Virus record (IMG/VR): IMGVR_UViG_3300035670_000105
Span: 1-64,000 of that record
Length of the DNA stretch: 64,000 nt
Reading direction: 5' to 3' (one strand)
Origin: a virus
In this document: positions 59,873-64,000 of the stretch, piece by piece
Layout: each line of letters begins with the position of its first letter
How positions within the stretch are numbered: position 1 is the first letter of the stretch
Translations under genes and position numbers: made by a program
The notes under the pieces: model-generated
Told to the model about the DNA's origin: nothing
Databases searched by the model: none
What the model saw: only the letters and a program-made list of their open reading frames with translations

Positions 59873-62007
59873 CAGGCCTGGAAGCGATAGATCCTGACCT
59901 CGCCCCGTGCGCCGGCACCGGAGCTGCTGCCGGTCTGCGTGCCGCCACCGCCACCGCCGGGAATCTGTCCGCCCTGGCCGGACGATGTGGTGCCGCCAGC
60001 GCCGCCGGTGCCAGCGAGCAGGGAGCTGCCGCCACCACTGCCGCTGCCGGTGCTGCGCCCGCCGCCACCGCCGCCGAACATCGAGGGCCCGCCATTGCCG
60101 CCACCACCGCCGTACACCGACGGCTGACCGCTGGCGCCGCCGATAAATCCGCCCTCTGCAAAGCCGGACAGGCTGATCGCGTCGGGGTCGAACACCCCGC
60201 CACCCGCTCCGCCATTGCCAGTGGAGATGCCGCCGCGGCCTCCGAAGACGCCGAGGTGCAGGCCAAATGCGCTGGTGCCGCCGGCATTGCCGTTGGCGCC
60301 GCCCAGGGCCGTCACTGCGCCACCGCCGGCGCCAACCGTGACGGCTTCGGTGCTGGCGATCGCCGATGCGGCCATGAAGCGACTGACCATACCACCACCA
60401 CCGCCGCCGCCGGCCGGATCACTGGTGGCACTGCGGGCGCCACTGCCGCCGCCGCCGATCACCTCGATCCAGTAGGCGATGTCCTTGGGATCCTTGGCGA
60501 AGGTGCCATTGGCGGTGAACACCTCCAGCACCACGCTGGTGGAGGGCCCCAGGGCGCTGATCGCCTGCGCCACCCGCTCCGGTGTCATCAGCTTGGTGCT
60601 GATCACGCCGGCTTCCGCTTCCGCCTGACTGGCGATCGTGGGTGAGATGACGGGGTTGGCGGAGACGCCATCACCGTTGGCCACGGTGATGCCATTGCCG
60701 CCGGTGATGCTGCGAGCCGTCACCGTGCCGTTGCCGGTGCGGGTGATCAGGCCGTTGCTGGCCAGCTGATGCAGGGCGAGGGCCTGCCCGGTCAACGCCA
60801 GGTTGCGATCGGCGCCGAGGTTGCCGCCGCCACTGAGGCCCGTGCCTGCTGCGGTGTTGATCGCCCGGGTGGTGTCCACCTTGCCGGCAACCGCCTGCGC
60901 CGTCCGCAGGGGGGACATCACCACATCCGTTGCGCTGCCGGCCTCGGCCTGCACCTGCGACGCGAAGGACACCGTCAAGGTGCGGGAGGCCGAGAGATCC
61001 CCGCCGCCGGTGAGGCCCGTGCCGGCAATCACCTGCCGGCTGTTCGGCACCTTGTTGTCGTTCAGCGCCTTCCCCTGCGCTGCCGACAGCGGGCTGTCGG
61101 TGCTGCTGGACGACAGATCGTTGACGGTGCGGGCGCTGATCGCCTGATGCACCCGCAGGGGGCTGCAGCTGGTGCTCGCATCCACGCCGGCCTGCGCCTG
61201 CGCCTGGGAGGAGAAGGCAACCGCGAAACTCCGGTCCGCCGAGAGATCACCGCCGCCGCTGAGCCCCGTGCCGGCAGTGATGCTGCGGCTGGTGTTCACC
61301 TTGCCGGCAACGGCCTGCGCTGTCCGCAGGGGAGACATCACCACATCTGTTGCACTGCCGGCCTCGGCCTGCACCTGGGAGGCGAACTCCACCGACAGGG
61401 TGATATTGCCGCTGAGGGCGCCGCCGCCATCGAGGCCTGTGCCGGCTGTCACCGTGCGGGAAGCTGGGACCGGGCCGGAGGCCAGCAGCTGCGCCGCATC
61501 CACCACGCGGCCGGCGGTGCCGGCTGCAATGGCAGCACTGTCCGCCAGCTGCACCACGCCAACGGCGGAGGTGGTGGCCGCGGCCACAGCGATCAGGGGT
61601 GTGGTGCTTCCGTTGGTGACGCTGACTGGCGCGGTGCCGGACACCAGCGACACCGAGCCCGGGGTGCTGGCTGCACCGAGGGCGTGGAGGGTGCCGTCAG
61701 GATCGATCTGGCAGCTGGTGCCATCGGCCTTGATGCCGCCCAGCACCGTTGTCGTCGCCGGCGGCAGGCTGTAGTTGTTGGCGCCGGCCTCGATGCCGTC
61801 GAGCTTGGCCTGATCACTGATCGAGAGGCCGCCGGCAGGGGAGAAGATCAGATCGCCGTTGTCGTCGGTGACGATGAACGGCTGCGCCAGATCCCGCGCC
61901 CAGACCAGCTCGCCTTCCAGCAGATCGCCAGCGGCGAGTGCAATGTCAAGATCTGCCTTGTCGCCGCGGCCGGGCCGTATGGGTGTGCGCTGCTCCGGTG
62001 TTGCCAT
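59872..62007 (-). CDS. Tail fibre with repeats and a glycine-rich C-terminal domain
   Basis: Repeated TAGTGL.GGG.LS..R and ASQ.QAEAG...MSPLRTAQA; GGGG-rich end. Confidence 0.8.
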   Translation of the reverse strand: MATPEQRTPIRPGRGDKADLDIALAAGDLLEGELVWARDLAQPFIVTDDNGDLIFSPAGGLSISDQAKLDGIEAGANNYSLPPATTTVLGGIKADGTSCQIDPDGTLHALGAASTPGSVSLVSGTAPVSVTNGSTTPLIAVAAATTSAVGVVQLADSAAIAAGTAGRVVDAAQLLASGPVPASRTVTAGTGLDGGGALSGNITLSVEFASQVQAEAGSATDVVMSPLRTAQAVAGKVNTSRSITAGTGLSGGGDLSADRSFAVAFSSQAQAQAGVDASTSCSPLRVHQAISARTVNDLSSSSTDSPLSAAQGKALNDNKVPNSRQVIAGTGLTGGGDLSASRTLTVSFASQVQAEAGSATDVVMSPLRTAQAVAGKVDTTRAINTAAGTGLSGGGNLGADRNLALTGQALALHQLASNGLITRTGNGTVTARSITGGNGITVANGDGVSANPVISPTIASQAEAEAGVISTKLMTPERVAQAISALGPSTSVVLEVFTANGTFAKDPKDIAYWIEVIGGGGSGARSATSDPAGGGGGGGMVSRFMAASAIASTEAVTVGAGGGAVTALGGANGNAGGTSAFGLHLGVFGGRGGISTGNGGAGGGVFDPDAISLSGFAEGGFIGGASGQPSVYGGGGGNGGPSMFGGGGGGRSTGSGSGGGSSLLAGTGGAGGTTSSGQGGQIPGGGGGGTQTGSSSGAGARGEVRIYRFQA

Positions 62008-62020
62008 GCCAGCGCCTCCT

Positions 62021-63274
62021 TCAGCTCATGCGCAGGGAGAGATCGCCCTGCAGGAAGATCGCCGGATCACCTTCCAGCACTTCTGCTGCTGGATCGACGG
62101 TGCCGTAGAGGAGGCGATTGCCGCCGCTGCTGGCATCCCAGATCGCAAACGATCGGACCTCAACAGTTGCCGTCGCCAGATCGGAGATGAAGGCCTGAAT
62201 GTTCACCACCTGGCGGGTGCCTTCGCTCAGGCCATCGAGGAACCGCGTAGTGGAGAGCAGGGATTGATCGATGGCGATGCGACCGCCCAGCACCGATGTG
62301 ACATCGGCGCCGCTGCTGGCGATCGTGTCACTGTGCAGAGAGAGATAGAGCGCGGCAGGTGGCGACGGAAAAGCATTGCCTCGCAACCAATCGAGCACGC
62401 CATCCTGCAGAGTTCGATCGAGCGCCACCGCAATCCTCTGATCCTCAGTGGCGAGGGTATGGAGCGCAGTGAATCAGTCCGAGAAGATGCCACCGTCGGC
62501 GATCTGCGCCATCGGCAACAGCACCATGGCGCCAGTGCCGAAATCTCCGCCATCAGCGGGGCGATCCGGGTGGCCGCTGGACAGCCCCGTGCGCCAGTCA
62601 CCACCATCCAGCCCAAGCAGTTGCCGGGCTGCCGCCAGTGCCGATGGCGGCTGGCTGGCGCTGTAGCGCACCACGCCATTGCGCAGCTCCGCCGGCCTGA
62701 CCATCAGCTGCTCACCACCAGGGATGCGGTGATCTCAAACGCATTGCCGATCGACGCCGTGCCCCGCAGTCGCTCGCCGGCCTTGAGCACCAACTTGCCA
62801 TTGCCTTCGATCAGCTCCTGGCGGCTGTCGGCCAGCAGTGCCTCCTTGTGGGCGTAGCGACTGATGGTGGCGCCGCCGCTGTTGACGATCGAGATGATCA
62901 CATCGGCAGTGTTGCTGCTGACGTTGCAGACATTGAGGCCGATCACCAGGGCTCGCTCATTGCCCGTCACATTCGGCACTGCATAGATGTCAGTGGCATT
63001 GGTGTTGGTGAGAACGGCGCTGGCGCGCTCCAGGACATCGGCCATGGCATTGCGGCAAGTGGATTCAGCTGTAGGCCATCGTCAAGGCAATGCCGCGCTG
63101 CTGGGCGCTGATCGCCTGAGCCGTGCGCAGCGGTGTCATCAGCCCGGTGTTCAACACGCCGGCCTCCGCTTCCGCCTGACTGACTGCTGCCGGTGTGTCA
63201 CCAGCTTCCCCCTGGGGCCCCGGAATCAGCACCTCCAGGGTGGTGTTGTTGGTGACGGTGGTGATCGCCGGCAT
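62021..63274 (-). CDS. Four small virion/tail genes (62021..62428, 62474..62704, 62704..63045, 63065..63274)
   Basis: YLSLH...IWDASSGGN.L..G in the first; TACCCT upstream of 62428 and 63274. Confidence 0.6.
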
Positions 63275-63307
63275 GGAGGTGCCTCCTACCAGTCGAGGGT
63301 ATGGCGA

Positions 63308-64000
63308 TCAGGGATCTGGCGTGCTCACGCCCCAGCGCACGGTGACATCACCAGTGAGCAGGTAGGCCAGGGCGCCGGTGCCATCCACCGCGCTCAGATC
63401 AAACACCACCACCTCACCGTCGTAGAGCCCCACCGCCGCACTCTGCTCCGGCGTGAGCGCACTGATCACTGGCCCGCCGGCAGTGGGGGACGTGATGGTG
63501 ATGGAGCACAGGGCGTAGCGCTGGCTGCGGTCCTGGTTCCAGATCGCTCCAGTGAACGTCAGATCACTGAGATCACGCAGAGCGCCGGTGCCTTGATCGA
63601 CCAACCGGACGATCACAGCCCAGTCCGTTCCAGTCACCAGTTCGGGGGCATCCAGCGCCGCGGGGACGATGAAGATCCCGGCGCCCATCTCGCGGCCCTG
63701 ATCATCCACCCAGGTCATCGGCGCCAGCTGGGCAGTGGCTGAACCACTGCCGGCGGCAATCGAGCGGCAGCGGGCAGTGGAGCCCTGCACTGCCAGGATC
63801 TGCCCCTGTCCGCCGCCGCCGCCGCCACCCTGCCCCTGCAGTGCCGGTTGCTCCAGCCTGAGCTGATGGGGACTGGCGCCGCTGGCGATGAGCGGAATGC
63901 CGCGGCCCAGCCGTCCACTGCCGCCGCCCTGGCCAGCGGCGATGGCATTGGCGAGGCGAACCCGATGCGGCCTGGCCTCGATCGTCAGCCCAAGCTCCAC
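63308..64000 (-). CDS. Tail/baseplate protein, start outside the window
   Basis: Reading frame open to the right edge. Confidence 0.55.
   Translation of the reverse strand: MELGLTIEARPHRVRLANAIAAGQGGGSGRLGRGIPLIASGASPHQLRLEQPALQGQGGGGGGGQGQILAVQGSTARCRSIAAGSGSATAQLAPMTWVDDQGREMGAGIFIVPAALDAPELVTGTDWAVIVRLVDQGTGALRDLSDLTFTGAIWNQDRSQRYALCSITITSPTAGGPVISALTPEQSAAVGLYDGEVVVFDLSAVDGTGALAYLLTGDVTVRWGVSTPDP

Larger units (their letters stand above)
4615..63301. promoter_or_regulatory. Dispersed (CCA)TACCCT(C) promoter-like motif upstream of ~17 genes
   Basis: Minus strand at 4615, 5229, 5464, 8966, 39439, 48800, 52569, 53302, 53643, 54428, 59390, 62454, 63296; plus strand at 24691, 27699, 31986, 34084. 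Confidence 0.8.

Noticed and set aside
50060-62007. Diversity-generating retroelement acting on the fibres
   Set aside because: No reverse transcriptase in the window; the repeats are in-frame coding duplications without an evident adenine-specific mismatch pattern

Overview
This window is ~64 kb of a high-GC tailed-phage genome, most likely a temperate phage of a Cyanobium/Synechococcus-like picocyanobacterium. The host inference rests on a cyanobacterial-type dcd, DUF3288, an NblA-like gene and a tRNA(CAT) attP core. Layout: (i) 1-6.2 kb, leftward genes including an unannotated >=1530-aa ORF that runs off the left edge, Dps and a GIY-YIG-like nuclease; (ii) 6.3-24 kb, a rightward early/accessory region of small genes punctuated by a repeated CCTCCCCGGGGGCCTTG hairpin motif, containing ArdC and a complete Ubl-JAB-E2-E1 ubiquitin-like conjugation operon (11.9-15.3 kb, the top finding); (iii) 25-41 kb, replication and regulation (PD-(D/E)XK exonuclease, HNH, repressor, primase-helicase, SSB, dcd, dNMP kinase, sigma70); (iv) 41-45 kb, an array of shuffled modular mini-genes, then a tyrosine integrase and an intact attP; (v) 47.5-64 kb, leftward lysis and tail-fibre genes. 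About 17 genes, mostly late/structural, carry a TACCCT motif typically 21-26 nt upstream of the start codon. All family calls come from motif recognition by eye; no database searches were run.
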